DNA of 64,000 nt from Spirochaetota bacterium (GTDB lineage Bacteria > Spirochaetota > GWE2-31-10 > MWDO01), in assembly GCA_031549085.1 (NCBI GenBank), contig JAVBQL010000002.1, positions 46,855-110,854 of the forward strand, in the 5' to 3' direction. The notes under the pieces were generated by a model that ran no database searches, was not told where the DNA came from, and saw only the letters and a program-made list of their open reading frames with translations. Both the position numbers and the translations under genes were made by a program. Of this stretch, positions 55,427 through 64,000 are shown piece by piece. Numbering within the stretch: the stretch's first letter is position 1; each line of letters starts with the position of its first letter.

Positions 55427-56623
55427 ATGAAATCATTTTATAAATTTTCACTTTTTATGCTTCTTCTAACAGTTGCTATATTTTTTCTGGCTATAACTAT
55501 TGATAAAAAACAGAGTAAATTTGTCAGGACACCACAGCTTTTTACTGAACAGGCAAATATAAGTATTGGCAGTAATGACATCCTTATTCAACAAACCGAT
55601 TCTCCCCAAACTCTAACAGACGAAGAGAAAAAAAATATAAAGATATATGAGACCTTGTCTCCTGCAGTAGTTAACATCACTACTTATAAAACAGAGTATC
55701 TTCACTACTTTTTTGATGTATATCCACAGCAGAGAGAGGGGCAAGGCTCTGGTGTAATATTTAATAAGCAGGGCTACATTATAACAAACCACCATGTCGT
55801 TGGAAATGCCGACAGAGTGACAGTTGCGTTATCTCAAGATGAGAAGGCTTTTGAGGCGACGCTGGTTGGAAGTGATCCAGCCAACGACCTTGCAATCTTA
55901 AAAATAAAAGATCCGCCAAGCGATCTAACAATTATACCGCTTGGAAGCTCAACCAATCTGCAGGTTGGACAGAAGGTCTATGCCATTGGAAACCCATTTG
56001 GTTTCAGTAGAACAATGACATCCGGAATAATATCAGCCCTTGGACGCCCTTTAAAAACAGAGGATGGTAACATTGTTGAGGGGGCGATTCAGACTGATGC
56101 CTCTATAAATCCCGGAAATTCAGGCGGACCGCTGATTGATTCATCTGGCAAGATGATAGGAATAACAACAATGATTGTCTCTCCATCAGGCGGAAGTGTA
56201 GGAATTGGTTTTGCAATACCAATTGATACAATAAAGGATATTATCCCTGAACTGGTAGAGTATGGATATGTAAAGAGGGGCTGGATAGATGCAACATTTT
56301 TGCCTATAACACCAAGGATCGCAAGGTCTTTGAATTATAGTGTTGATTATGGTTTGATGGTTATGGTAACTGCAAAGAATGGTGAGGCCTATAATGCAGG
56401 GCTTAGAGGCGGAAACGAGAGGGCGATATATGGGCAGAGTGTAATATACATTGGAGGGGATATAATAGTCGCTGTTGATAAAATCAAGATAACTGACTAT
56501 TCATCTCTTTCACAGGTTTTAAAAAATAAGAAACCAAATGATACTGTTGAGGTTGAATACTACAGAGGGAATAAGAGGTTCTCTACGAAGGTGAAACTTA
56601 TAGAAAAAAATAAATTCAGATAG
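55427..56623 (+). CDS. HtrA/DegP-family serine protease with one PDZ domain
   Basis: The catalytic triad contexts TNHHVV, NDLAILKI and GNSGGPLID. C-terminal PDZ-like region. GGGAGG RBS. Confidence 0.85.
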   Translation: MKSFYKFSLFMLLLTVAIFFLAITIDKKQSKFVRTPQLFTEQANISIGSNDILIQQTDSPQTLTDEEKKNIKIYETLSPAVVNITTYKTEYLHYFFDVYPQQREGQGSGVIFNKQGYIITNHHVVGNADRVTVALSQDEKAFEATLVGSDPANDLAILKIKDPPSDLTIIPLGSSTNLQVGQKVYAIGNPFGFSRTMTSGIISALGRPLKTEDGNIVEGAIQTDASINPGNSGGPLIDSSGKMIGITTMIVSPSGGSVGIGFAIPIDTIKDIIPELVEYGYVKRGWIDATFLPITPRIARSLNYSVDYGLMVMVTAKNGEAYNAGLRGGNERAIYGQSVIYIGGDIIVAVDKIKITDYSSLSQVLKNKKPNDTVEVEYYRGNKRFSTKVKLIEKNKFR

Positions 56624-56755
56624 ACTTAAATTAAAAAAGTTTTGACTTTTTTTTCAATAAATGTTAATTATACTTCTATAATGATATTTTATTCTTCAAA
56701 TATGATTATTCTTTAGTGTATAATTATTTCTTAATATAATAAGGGGAAATGATAG

Positions 56756-57517
56756 ATGAGAAAATATTTAATAGCTGGAAACTGGAAAATGAATATGACA
56801 CAAACTGAAGGTGTTATGTTTGTAAAAGAGCTTTTGGTAAACATAAAAAAGAGTGCATATGAAAATACAGATGTTTTGGTTATTCCACCTTTTACAGCTC
56901 TCTCTGGAATTTCTCACATTTTAAAAGGGACAAATATAAAGCTTGGTGCTCAAAACATGAACGAAAATGAGAAGGGGGCGTATACTGGTGAAATATCGGC
57001 TGATATGCTTCTGGATCTTGGTGTAGAATATGTAGTAATTGGGCATAGTGAGAGAAGAGCCATATACAAAGAGAGTAACGAACTTCTAAATAAAAAAGCA
57101 ATCTATGCTCTAAAAAAAGGGTTAAAAGTAATTTTCTGCGTTGGAGAACTCTTGTCAGAGAGAGAGGCTAACAAAACTAATGATGTTGTTAAGACTCAAA
57201 TTGTAGAGGGTTTGAAAAACATAAGCGAAGCTGATATGAAAAATGTGGTTATTGCATATGAGCCTGTTTGGGCTATAGGAACAGGAAAAGTTGCAACACC
57301 AGAGCAAGCTGAAGATGTACATGCTTTTATAAGAGATACAATAACCTCTTTATATAGTAAAAAAGTTGCTGACAGCCTTGTAATCCAATATGGTGGCTCT
57401 GTAAATGACAGCAATGTTGATGGCCTTATGAAAAAACCTAATATTGATGGAGCACTTGTTGGTGGAGCATCTCTAAAAGTTGACTCTTTCACTAGAATAG
57501 TGGAGTTTGAAAAATAG
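56756..57517 (+). CDS. tpiA: triosephosphate isomerase
   Basis: The AGNWKMN, VIGHSERR, AYEPVWAIGTG and VGGASLK motifs. Confidence 0.95.
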   Translation: MRKYLIAGNWKMNMTQTEGVMFVKELLVNIKKSAYENTDVLVIPPFTALSGISHILKGTNIKLGAQNMNENEKGAYTGEISADMLLDLGVEYVVIGHSERRAIYKESNELLNKKAIYALKKGLKVIFCVGELLSEREANKTNDVVKTQIVEGLKNISEADMKNVVIAYEPVWAIGTGKVATPEQAEDVHAFIRDTITSLYSKKVADSLVIQYGGSVNDSNVDGLMKKPNIDGALVGGASLKVDSFTRIVEFEK

Positions 57518-57580
57518 CATCTTTTGTTTATGAGAGTGTAAAATTAAGATATAAACAAAAAGAATAAAAAAGGGAAAAAA

Positions 57581-58165
57581 ATGGAAATAGTAATTGGAAT
57601 ATTGATAGTATTGATTTTGATCATATGTGTATTGATGGTTACAGCAATTCTTCTTCAAGAGGATAAGAGTGGCGGCGGAATTGGAATAGTTGGTGGATCT
57701 TCGCAATCATTTTTTGGGGCGAACTCAGCATCTTTCTTAAGTCGTGCAACATCTATTTTTGTAATACTCTTCTTCCTTTTAATTGTTGTATGTGCAATTC
57801 TTGCATCCTCATTCTCAAAAAGTAAATTCATATCTACAGAGGATATCTACTATACAGAGTCAGCAGAATATGTAACAAATATGTTGAAATCACTTCCGCT
57901 CTCAATAACAACTGAAGATTTTAATAACTCTATCATTGAAAAGGTGACTGATGATAATGATAGGGCGCTTTTAAACAAATATTATGAGAAATCAAGTGAT
58001 GGAAAAGCATATACTTTGAAAGACAAAATATCAAAAGAGGATAGAAACAGTCTGCTTTCTATACTTAACTCCATTGAGTATTCTCAAGAGGCAAAAACTA
58101 CTGTTATTAAAGATACAGAAGATAATAGTGAGGCTGAAGAGCCATCAAACACAATGAGTGAGTAA
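57581..58165 (+). CDS. secG: preprotein translocase subunit SecG with long C-terminal extension
   Basis: Conserved position after tpiA. TM helix, then LLQEDKSGGGIGIVGG, then a second TM helix. An extra ~110 aa polar tail follows. Confidence 0.75.
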   Translation: MEIVIGILIVLILIICVLMVTAILLQEDKSGGGIGIVGGSSQSFFGANSASFLSRATSIFVILFFLLIVVCAILASSFSKSKFISTEDIYYTESAEYVTNMLKSLPLSITTEDFNNSIIEKVTDDNDRALLNKYYEKSSDGKAYTLKDKISKEDRNSLLSILNSIEYSQEAKTTVIKDTEDNSEAEEPSNTMSE

Positions 58166-58376
58166 TAAAGGGCAAGCAGGCAAAGAGCAGAGGAGACTGG
58201 GATAGCTTATAGAGGTGGTTGTGGCAAGGGTGGTGACAGAAAGAAAAGCTTAATGGTTAGAAATAGAGATGCCTGTTGTAATAAAGAAGTAGGATTAGGA
58301 AACAAACAGAGGGGCGGGGAAAAACGGCATAAAAAGAGCCGAAAAAATGAAAAAGAAGAGTTTAGGAGATATATAG

Positions 58377-58640
58377 ATGGGTAGCAACCTCAAAGAGGAG
58401 TTAAAAGAGCTAATATTGTTAATTGTTAATGACCCAGATTTAGATAAAGATGATATAAAAGATGATACCGAGCTTGTTGGTAAAAATGGTCTTTTTTTTG
58501 ATTCTATAGATTTGTTGGAGTTAATAGTTGAATTGGAAAAAAGATACGGAATAAAGATAAAAGATAACGATATAATAGTAAAACACTTTGTAACTTTTGA
58601 AAATTTTTATAATTTTGTAGTGGAAAATGGGAAAAAATAG
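58377..58640 (+). CDS. acyl carrier protein
   Basis: 87 aa, acidic, with the attachment-site motif FFDSIDLLELIVELE. Confidence 0.8.
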   Translation: MGSNLKEELKELILLIVNDPDLDKDDIKDDTELVGKNGLFFDSIDLLELIVELEKRYGIKIKDNDIIVKHFVTFENFYNFVVENGKK

Positions 58641-59757
58641 AGTCTTTGTTACAAAAAGTGTTAGTGTTTCGTCGCTAGGTGTTGGTGAAGGTGGGGGGGG
58701 CAGCAAAGAGATCATAGAGCACCTTAATAACGGAACAAAATTAGTTACAGATGATAAGTTATTTAAACATCCACATTTTAAAATAGATAAACCACTCCCA
58801 AACAGTGAGTTTGAGAGAGCAACACAGATAGTCTTATACCTCTCCTCCCTCATAGAGGAGTCTCTAACTACAAAATCATCGATATTTATGGCAACCTCCA
58901 CAGGTTCAATTTTTTCAACAGAAGAGGTCTATGAAAAACTGTACAAAGATGGTTATAAATATCCGCTCTTTAAAAAACACTTCTTCAGTTATATTATTGA
59001 CAATTTAAAAAACAAATATAAAGATAAAATTGGTGACTTTTTTACCTTCTCAACAGCGTGTTCTTCATCTGGTCATGCAATTATGCAGGCCTACAAATTT
59101 TTGGAAGCTGGCATTCTAAAAAAAGCAATAGTGATAGGAGTTGATACTCTCTCATTCACAACTATGATTGGTTTTGACTCACTGCAGTTAATGAGCCACA
59201 CAGGTACAAAGCCGCTGACTAATGATAGAGATGGCCTCTCTCTTGGGGAGGGGGGCTCTATACTCGTACTTGAGAGTGAGCCAAAAGAGACGCCTATTGC
59301 AGAGATAGTAGGGGTCGCATCAAATTCTGATGGATACCATATCTCCTCCCCAGATCCAGAGGGAACAATGCAGAGAAAGGCAATATTAGAATCAATTGCT
59401 ATGGCGGGTATTGATAAAAGTGAAATAGATTACATAAGCGCACACGGAACAGGAACAAAAATGAATGATGAGGTTGAGATAAATACTGTAAAGTCTATCT
59501 TCAACCACAACTATATGATTACTTCTCTAAAGTCATTTATTGGACACACACTTGGAGCCTCCGCAATTTTAGAAATCTCTATTATATTAGAGATGATTAA
59601 ACAAAAAAAGATATTTCAACATAAAGATTTTAATAACAATATGGATGAAACAATAATTCCATCTAAAACCGTATCAAAAGAGATAAAATATTTCTTAAAG
59701 AATTCGTTCGGCTTTGGCGGAAATAATGTATGTGTTGTTGTGAAATCTCTAGTTTAG
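58627..59757 (+). CDS. beta-ketoacyl-ACP synthase (KS)
   Basis: Active-site Cys FSTACSSSGHA, the His motifs SAHGTGTKMND and IGHTLGASA, and the C-terminal SFGFGGNN. 14-nt overlap with the ACP gene. Confidence 0.85.
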   Translation: MGKNRVFVTKSVSVSSLGVGEGGGGSKEIIEHLNNGTKLVTDDKLFKHPHFKIDKPLPNSEFERATQIVLYLSSLIEESLTTKSSIFMATSTGSIFSTEEVYEKLYKDGYKYPLFKKHFFSYIIDNLKNKYKDKIGDFFTFSTACSSSGHAIMQAYKFLEAGILKKAIVIGVDTLSFTTMIGFDSLQLMSHTGTKPLTNDRDGLSLGEGGSILVLESEPKETPIAEIVGVASNSDGYHISSPDPEGTMQRKAILESIAMAGIDKSEIDYISAHGTGTKMNDEVEINTVKSIFNHNYMITSLKSFIGHTLGASAILEISIILEMIKQKKIFQHKDFNNNMDETIIPSKTVSKEIKYFLKNSFGFGGNNVCVVVKSLV

Positions 59758-59891
59758 ATATGTGAGTTCGATAAGTTTCTTTCTCTCCCTTCTAAATCAG
59801 AAATATAATACCTTTTTGTATAAAATATTTATCAAAAAGGGTGTGGGAAAAAAGAAAATTCTTAAATATAATTGGGAGACTTTAATATAAA

Positions 59892-60776
59892 ATGTACTCT
59901 GATATAACTAATATAGCAATTTTAAGTTCTCTTTTGGAAAATCAGGCTGATGCTATAAAAAAATTCAAAAATGGTTTTTTTAATGAGGATGCCTCATGGA
60001 AATCTGAAATAGAGCTTCACCTCTCAAAAGAGATAACAACTTCAATAAATTCTCCTCTAAGAAAGAGAATGAGTGATATTTCTAAAGGTATATTCTATGT
60101 TTTGGACAAAAGTACAGAGAAGACAATTAAAGAAGATGATGAGATATACCTCTTCTCTGGCTTCTCTGAAATAAACACAACAAATGACATAATAAAGAGT
60201 ATAACTGTAGATAAAGATACACTTGTAAGCCCAACACACTTTCACAATTCAGTCCACAATACACCGCTTGGATACTTTACAATAATTAAAGGCATACACA
60301 ACTATACAACTGTGATATCTGATGGAATGTTGACTAATCTATCTTTTATAAACTTTATGAAAAATATTGTTAAACTAAATAGAGAGTTTATTGTATCAAC
60401 AGGTGAGGAGTTTTCAAACTTCTTTCTGCTTGATAAAACTGTAGAGAAGCAGATTGTTCCAGTGTTTGCTGCATTCAGAGTTGTTCCAAATAGTACAAAG
60501 GGATTTAATTACCTTGGTGAATACAATTCGTTAGAAGATATTGTTTCTATACTAGAAAAGAGTGACTACATATTTACAGATAAAGATAGCTTTCTTACCC
60601 TTTCAAAGAGAGATAATATTAAAAGTAGGGTCTACACAGAATATCCAATTGTTAGAGATAATCCATGCGGAATAATATTTCGCCTTCTCTTACCGTTTTA
60701 TCTTTCTCTTAATGGAAAATCTACTATTATTGAACAGCATGAGGGAATCCTCTACCTCTTTGAGGCAGCTCTATGA
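59892..60776 (+). CDS. Ketoacyl-synt_2-like protein (non-catalytic KS N-terminal-domain family, CLF-like)
   Basis: RKRMSDISK and SPTHFHNSVHNTPLGYFTI match the RRMS / SPT.F.NSVHN signature I recall for PF13723 proteins of aryl-polyene-type clusters. No active-site Cys context. Confidence 0.6.
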   Translation: MYSDITNIAILSSLLENQADAIKKFKNGFFNEDASWKSEIELHLSKEITTSINSPLRKRMSDISKGIFYVLDKSTEKTIKEDDEIYLFSGFSEINTTNDIIKSITVDKDTLVSPTHFHNSVHNTPLGYFTIIKGIHNYTTVISDGMLTNLSFINFMKNIVKLNREFIVSTGEEFSNFFLLDKTVEKQIVPVFAAFRVVPNSTKGFNYLGEYNSLEDIVSILEKSDYIFTDKDSFLTLSKRDNIKSRVYTEYPIVRDNPCGIIFRLLLPFYLSLNGKSTIIEQHEGILYLFEAAL

Positions 60777-62149
60777 GTGATGAACTCTACTCGATTTTTA
60801 AAGATAGTGATAACAAAAAATATAGGCTCTTCTCAAATGACAAAACAGTAACAAAGAGAGAGCTTATTGATATCTCTCTAAAGTTAGAGAGGAGCTTAAG
60901 TGAAAAAATAGCTCTTTCAAAATTGGAAGATATAAAAATATATCTCTTTATTGAGAATAGATTAACCTTTATTGCTGCTGTCGCTCTTTTTCTAAAATTT
61001 AATGCTAAAATTGTCCTAATGCCAGTAGAGATTATAGTTGATGAGGCGAGCTTTTCTGATGGACTTGTGATAAGCGATGATAAGGATGTGAAGGCAGATC
61101 TTTTTATAGAGGAAGATTTTAGTTTAAGCAAAAAAATAGAGAAGACACTTAATAAATTTGATGAAGAGAAAAAAGATACACACATATATTTATACACATC
61201 AGGTTCTACAGCAAAGCCAAAACTAATTCCAAAAAGCGATACAAATTTGATGACAGAGATAAGAGAGCTAAAAAAAAGATTCTTTATTGACAGCAGTGAT
61301 ACCTTTTATTTAACAAACCCTATCTATCATATATATGGTTTTCTATTTGGGCTTCTGCTCCCGCTCTACACAGACTCTTCTCTATATATAGAGCACCATT
61401 TTACTCCGGATACTATATCAAACTTTGTTAAAAATAGTGATATTTCAATTTTTGTCTCTATACCAAACTACTATAATATGTTTGCAGCTCTAAATTTAAT
61501 TGACAACTTCAGCCATTGCAAAAAGTTTTTTAGTTCATCTGCACCACTATCATTAGCAACATCAAGAGAATTTTTTAAAAATGGTCTTAAAATAATAGAG
61601 GTTTATGGCTCTACAGAGACAGGCGGTATTGCAAACAGAGTACAAGCCATCTCAGATAGGTGGGAAATATTCTCCTATGTAAAGGTTATGTCAAATGAGG
61701 GAGGAGAGGTTGAACTCTTTATAGACTCTCCAGCCATATCAGTTCTCTATGATAAAGATATTGGGTTTAACACAAACGACCTTGTTGAACTTGATAGTAA
61801 TAACAATTTTAAGCTTTTGGGCAGAAATAATCGTTTTACAAAGATAGGCGGAAAGCGTGTTGATCTCTACTTCGTCCGTGATAAGATGGCTCTCTATCTC
61901 TCTTCAATACTTAAAAGGGATGTTAAGAGGGAAGAGATATATGTTGGTGAGAAAAATGAGAAGATCTATATCTTTTTTGATACTGATAAGTGTGATAAGA
62001 AAAATTCTGATATAAAAAGAGAGCTTACAGATTATCTGCCAAGCTACTCTATTCCAAAATATTTTTTCTGGCAGCAAATCCCACAAAATAGATTAGGAAA
62101 GATAAATAAGCTTGCTATTGAAAAAATTATCAATGAAGTTATCAAATAA
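60773..62149 (+). CDS. AMP-dependent synthetase/ligase (adenylate-forming enzyme)
   Basis: The AMP-binding motifs YLYTSGSTAKPKLIPKS and YGSTETGG. 4-nt overlap with the upstream gene. Confidence 0.8.
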   Translation: MSDELYSIFKDSDNKKYRLFSNDKTVTKRELIDISLKLERSLSEKIALSKLEDIKIYLFIENRLTFIAAVALFLKFNAKIVLMPVEIIVDEASFSDGLVISDDKDVKADLFIEEDFSLSKKIEKTLNKFDEEKKDTHIYLYTSGSTAKPKLIPKSDTNLMTEIRELKKRFFIDSSDTFYLTNPIYHIYGFLFGLLLPLYTDSSLYIEHHFTPDTISNFVKNSDISIFVSIPNYYNMFAALNLIDNFSHCKKFFSSSAPLSLATSREFFKNGLKIIEVYGSTETGGIANRVQAISDRWEIFSYVKVMSNEGGEVELFIDSPAISVLYDKDIGFNTNDLVELDSNNNFKLLGRNNRFTKIGGKRVDLYFVRDKMALYLSSILKRDVKREEIYVGEKNEKIYIFFDTDKCDKKNSDIKRELTDYLPSYSIPKYFFWQQIPQNRLGKINKLAIEKIINEVIK

Positions 62150-62268
62150 TTTATTACATATTAGCCTTTTTAAATTGAAATTGTAAAAGTTATAGCAGTG
62201 CTTATGCCGATATAGAGTATATTGCTGTAATATTTTGTATATGATGTGATTTTTTAGGAAAAGTATAG

Positions 62269-62961
62269 ATGAGTAGTTCAAAAAACCTTATTTCTACAGA
62301 GATTTATGGAGATGGAAATAGTGTTCTGCTATTTTCTCCGGCATACCCTTTTAAAAACTCAATATTTTCTAATCTTAAAAAAGAGGATCTTACTCTAATA
62401 TTTACTACAATCAATTTTCATTTTTTGAATAATAAAAATAATTTCAACTTAGAAAATTTTGAGAATGATTTTTCAAATATAATTGATTCTATTGATGAGA
62501 ATAAATCTGTAAATCTTGTAGGTTTTGGTTTCTTTTCACTTTTTTTTTTAAAGCTCTATACAGCTCATAAAGATAGAATAGATAAGATATTTTTTATTGA
62601 GCCAGATTTTTCTAACTATCTACTAGAGAACTATTTTGATGCTGGGATTAAGGATTTTAAGAATTTCAAATCTCTTGTTAGCTTTTTTATAAATAGAGAT
62701 AAAATTAAGAATAATCACCTTAATAAAAAGAATCCGAGCATTTTTAAAAATTATCATAATGATATCAAAGATTATCTTCAAAATAATAAGGTATTGCAAA
62801 TCCTTATAGATAATAAAAATGATATAAATATTTTGTGGTACAATATGGATAAGGTCTCATGGCCACTGCCTCAGATTCTTCTTGAGGAGTATGATCTATC
62901 AATCTCTTCTGCAGATTGCAATGTTGTAAACTATCTTTTAAAGAACTCTTTTTTTAAGTGA
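62269..62961 (+). CDS. hypothetical protein, alpha/beta-hydrolase-like layout without a nucleophile Ser
   Basis: GDGNSVLLFSPAY ... VNLVGFGFFSL, where a G-x-S-x-G elbow would be expected. Weak assignment. Confidence 0.4.
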   Translation: MSSSKNLISTEIYGDGNSVLLFSPAYPFKNSIFSNLKKEDLTLIFTTINFHFLNNKNNFNLENFENDFSNIIDSIDENKSVNLVGFGFFSLFFLKLYTAHKDRIDKIFFIEPDFSNYLLENYFDAGIKDFKNFKSLVSFFINRDKIKNNHLNKKNPSIFKNYHNDIKDYLQNNKVLQILIDNKNDINILWYNMDKVSWPLPQILLEEYDLSISSADCNVVNYLLKNSFFK

Positions 62962-63083
62962 CGTTTGCCCGTTTGATATTTTTGTACTAACTTGGAAACC
63001 AAAAATATGGTGATAATGATTGTTAAATATTGATAGGACATTTGCTTAAAGAAAATTTCACTATCATTTAGAGATAATAATTA

Positions 63084-63950
63084 TCATTTAAACATATAGA
63101 CAAAAAATGAATCAAATATCTCCTTTGAAAGATTATTATTCTTCAAAGAAAAATTATCACTCTTTATAACACTATCCTCATAAACCAGAGTAATGCTGAA
63201 TAGATCATTAGGAAGTGGTTTTATTATAGCTTTTATAGGACTGCTGCTATCTATTCCAAATCCAGACTTTTTTAAGAGTGAAACAATTTTTCCTCTATTA
63301 GCTGTATCGCTTGTAAACTCAACTGATACACCAAGCTTAAGTCCATAAAGTCCAATATATGGAGAATGAATCAAGAAAAGTTCTCTTATAGCCCTCTCCC
63401 TAATCTCTCCTTTTGACACCTTTATAAGTTCATATAGAGATTCTGCTTTAATCTCCCTCTCCCACTTTGGGTCAAGACTCTCTATTGATTTAATAAGAGG
63501 AAAAATATCACCATCTTTTAATGAACCGCTAAAAAATCCATCTACAGAAGATCTCTTTAATCTCAAATCTAAAATAATTTTATCAAGAAGCAGTAGCCTT
63601 TTCATATTATGGTTCATCTGAATCGGAAGATTCTCTTTTAATATAAGCATCTTTTTTGCCTTTTTATTATCAACCCTCTTATATGTATTGTAGAGCTGGT
63701 TGATTCCCTCAAGAATACTCCCGCCATCTATAAGCTCTTCAGCGATTTTTATACTCAAATTTGCATGGTGATTTAGATAATAATTTGATAAAATTTTATA
63801 ATAGAGAGATTTGAATGGAACTAACAATGATTCAAAAAAATTATTTTTTTCTCTAAATTTTATTTGATTTGCCTTATATTCATAGGCCTGCGAAATATAT
63901 GAGAAAACCTCTGAAAAATAGGTATCCTTATTCATTCCAAAAAACTGCAT
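63084..63950 (-). CDS. hypothetical protein (reading frame stays open upstream to the window end)
   Basis: 288-aa ORF from the ATG at 63950. The codons upstream (…AITILKSLEKNSDFEW-M) contain no stop up to position 64000, so the true start may lie outside the window. Confidence 0.5.
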   Translation of the reverse strand: MQFFGMNKDTYFSEVFSYISQAYEYKANQIKFREKNNFFESLLVPFKSLYYKILSNYYLNHHANLSIKIAEELIDGGSILEGINQLYNTYKRVDNKKAKKMLILKENLPIQMNHNMKRLLLLDKIILDLRLKRSSVDGFFSGSLKDGDIFPLIKSIESLDPKWEREIKAESLYELIKVSKGEIRERAIRELFLIHSPYIGLYGLKLGVSVEFTSDTANRGKIVSLLKKSGFGIDSSSPIKAIIKPLPNDLFSITLVYEDSVIKSDNFSLKNNNLSKEIFDSFFVYMFK

Positions 63951-64000
63951 CCACTCAAAATCGCTGTTTTTCTCAAGGGACTTTAATATCGTTATCGCAT

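Noticed and set aside
1-64000. Mobile elements, prophage, CRISPR-Cas, toxin-antitoxin or known defence genes
   Set aside because: None of the translated ORFs shows transposase, integrase, recombinase, Cas, capsid/terminase or restriction-modification motifs that I can recognise. No regularly spaced short direct repeats were seen.

Overview
Low-GC (about 30% by eye), densely coding bacterial chromosome segment. It uses Shine-Dalgarno sites, and TAA, TAG and TGA all serve as stops. No transposase, integrase, phage gene, rRNA or CRISPR array was seen. The gene content is compatible with a spirochaete-like or FCB-group anaerobe (M30 lipoproteins, HAMP class III cyclase, 390-aa PurM, bS22-like peptide), but I cannot assign taxonomy. 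Recognisable housekeeping genes are priA, a purM-type AIR synthase, hydG, smc, a parvulin PPIase, pepP-like, yggS, thrH, fcl, htrA-like, tpiA-secG, an initiator-type tRNA-Met and a 31-aa bS22-like peptide. Accessory content falls into four groups. (1) A long minus-strand operon runs from nuoE/nuoF-like genes into glycosyltransferases, including a mosaic tandem triplication. (2) Two M30-type lipoprotein paralogs sit in tandem. (3) Two separate type II FAS/PKS-like clusters are present: KS + Cys-less KS partner + ACP + B12-radical SAM at 4968-9078, and ACP + KS + Ketoacyl-synt_2-like + AMP-ligase at 58377-62961. (4) An operon encodes the same double extracytoplasmic sensor module fused once to an MFS transporter and once to an adenylate cyclase, followed by a formyltransferase-like gene. 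The best candidates for something undescribed are non-coding. (a) A 1.25 kb ORF-free leader upstream of the sensor operon has duplicated modules and a ~225 nt multi-stem domain whose mismatches become G-U pairs only on the minus strand. (b) A ~350 bp GC-rich ORF-free island at 20940-21285 has a 19/21 long-range inverted repeat and several hairpin + U-run units. (c) A family of ~140-175 bp bipartite hairpin elements (4 copies) has a conserved core and compensatory stem changes. I could not assign any of the three to a known RNA or mobile-element family by eye. All need Infernal/Rfam, genome-wide copy counts and transcript data.
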